Virus record (IMG/VR): IMGVR_UViG_3300049982_000154
Location: 1 to 42,840 of that record
Length of the DNA: 42,840 nt
Strand: one strand, 5' to 3'
Source: a virus
Lineage: Duplodnaviria > Caudoviricetes
A program made the translations under genes and the position numbers. The notes beneath the pieces were generated by a model. The model was not told the origin of the DNA and did no database searches. It saw nothing but the letters and a program-made list of their open reading frames with translations. Positions 42,625 to 42,840 of the stretch are shown one piece after another (the first letter of the stretch is position 1; each line of letters begins with the position of its first letter).

Positions 42625-42825
42625 ATGGGAAAACGCACAGGGAACCCGCGGGGCCGGCCACCACTGGACCCCAGCAAGAAGTCCGTCGTCCGAACCTACA
42701 CGCTCTCCCCCGAGCTGGCGGCCGACGTGGATGAATACATTCCTGAGGGGACCAGGTCCGCGCTCATCCAGCGGTGCCTCCGGGAAGAAGTGGCGCGGAC
42801 GAAGGCTTCCAGCCCCGCCGAGTAG
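42625..42825 (+). CDS. Small ribbon-helix-helix-like regulator with an RGRP motif
   Basis: PRGRPP, beta strand VVRTYTLS, helices and RSALIQRCLREE. Confidence 0.75.
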   Translation: MGKRTGNPRGRPPLDPSKKSVVRTYTLSPELAADVDEYIPEGTRSALIQRCLREEVARTKASSPAE

Positions 42826-42840
42826 CCCAGAAACGACAGA

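Larger units (their letters stand above)
1..42840. mobile_element. Temperate tailed phage (siphovirus-type), near-complete genome, probably the non-integrated circular form
   Basis: Integration, immunity, replication, lysis, packaging, head and non-contractile tail modules are all present. No host housekeeping genes seen. The att-like tRNA fragment is internal, with phage-like genes on both sides. Confidence 0.93.

Overview
The window reads as an almost complete, GC-rich temperate siphovirus genome of about 42.8 kb, apparently in its free circular form. Left to right: three small genes; a tyrosine integrase; an attP-like 3' half of tRNA-Thr(CGT); a cI/cro-type switch; a rightward early operon (TOPRIM primase-helicase, a CCATGG palindrome array as candidate origin, a ParB-like protein, small Cys-rich genes) ending at a perfect bidirectional terminator (13678-13724). 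A long leftward operon converges on that terminator: SWIM-finger and small genes, two HTH regulators flanking a second tyrosine recombinase with a dif-like site, a lysis region with a YkuD-like enzyme, terminase, portal-MuF fusion, HK97-type head, neck and tail genes, a -1 frameshifted tail chaperone, tape measure and tail-tip genes. The most notable hypothesis is a plasmid-type maintenance set (iteron origin, ParB with a parS-like palindrome, Xer-like resolvase with its own site) coexisting with an integrase. All product calls come from motif recognition by eye; no database search was run and the host cannot be determined.
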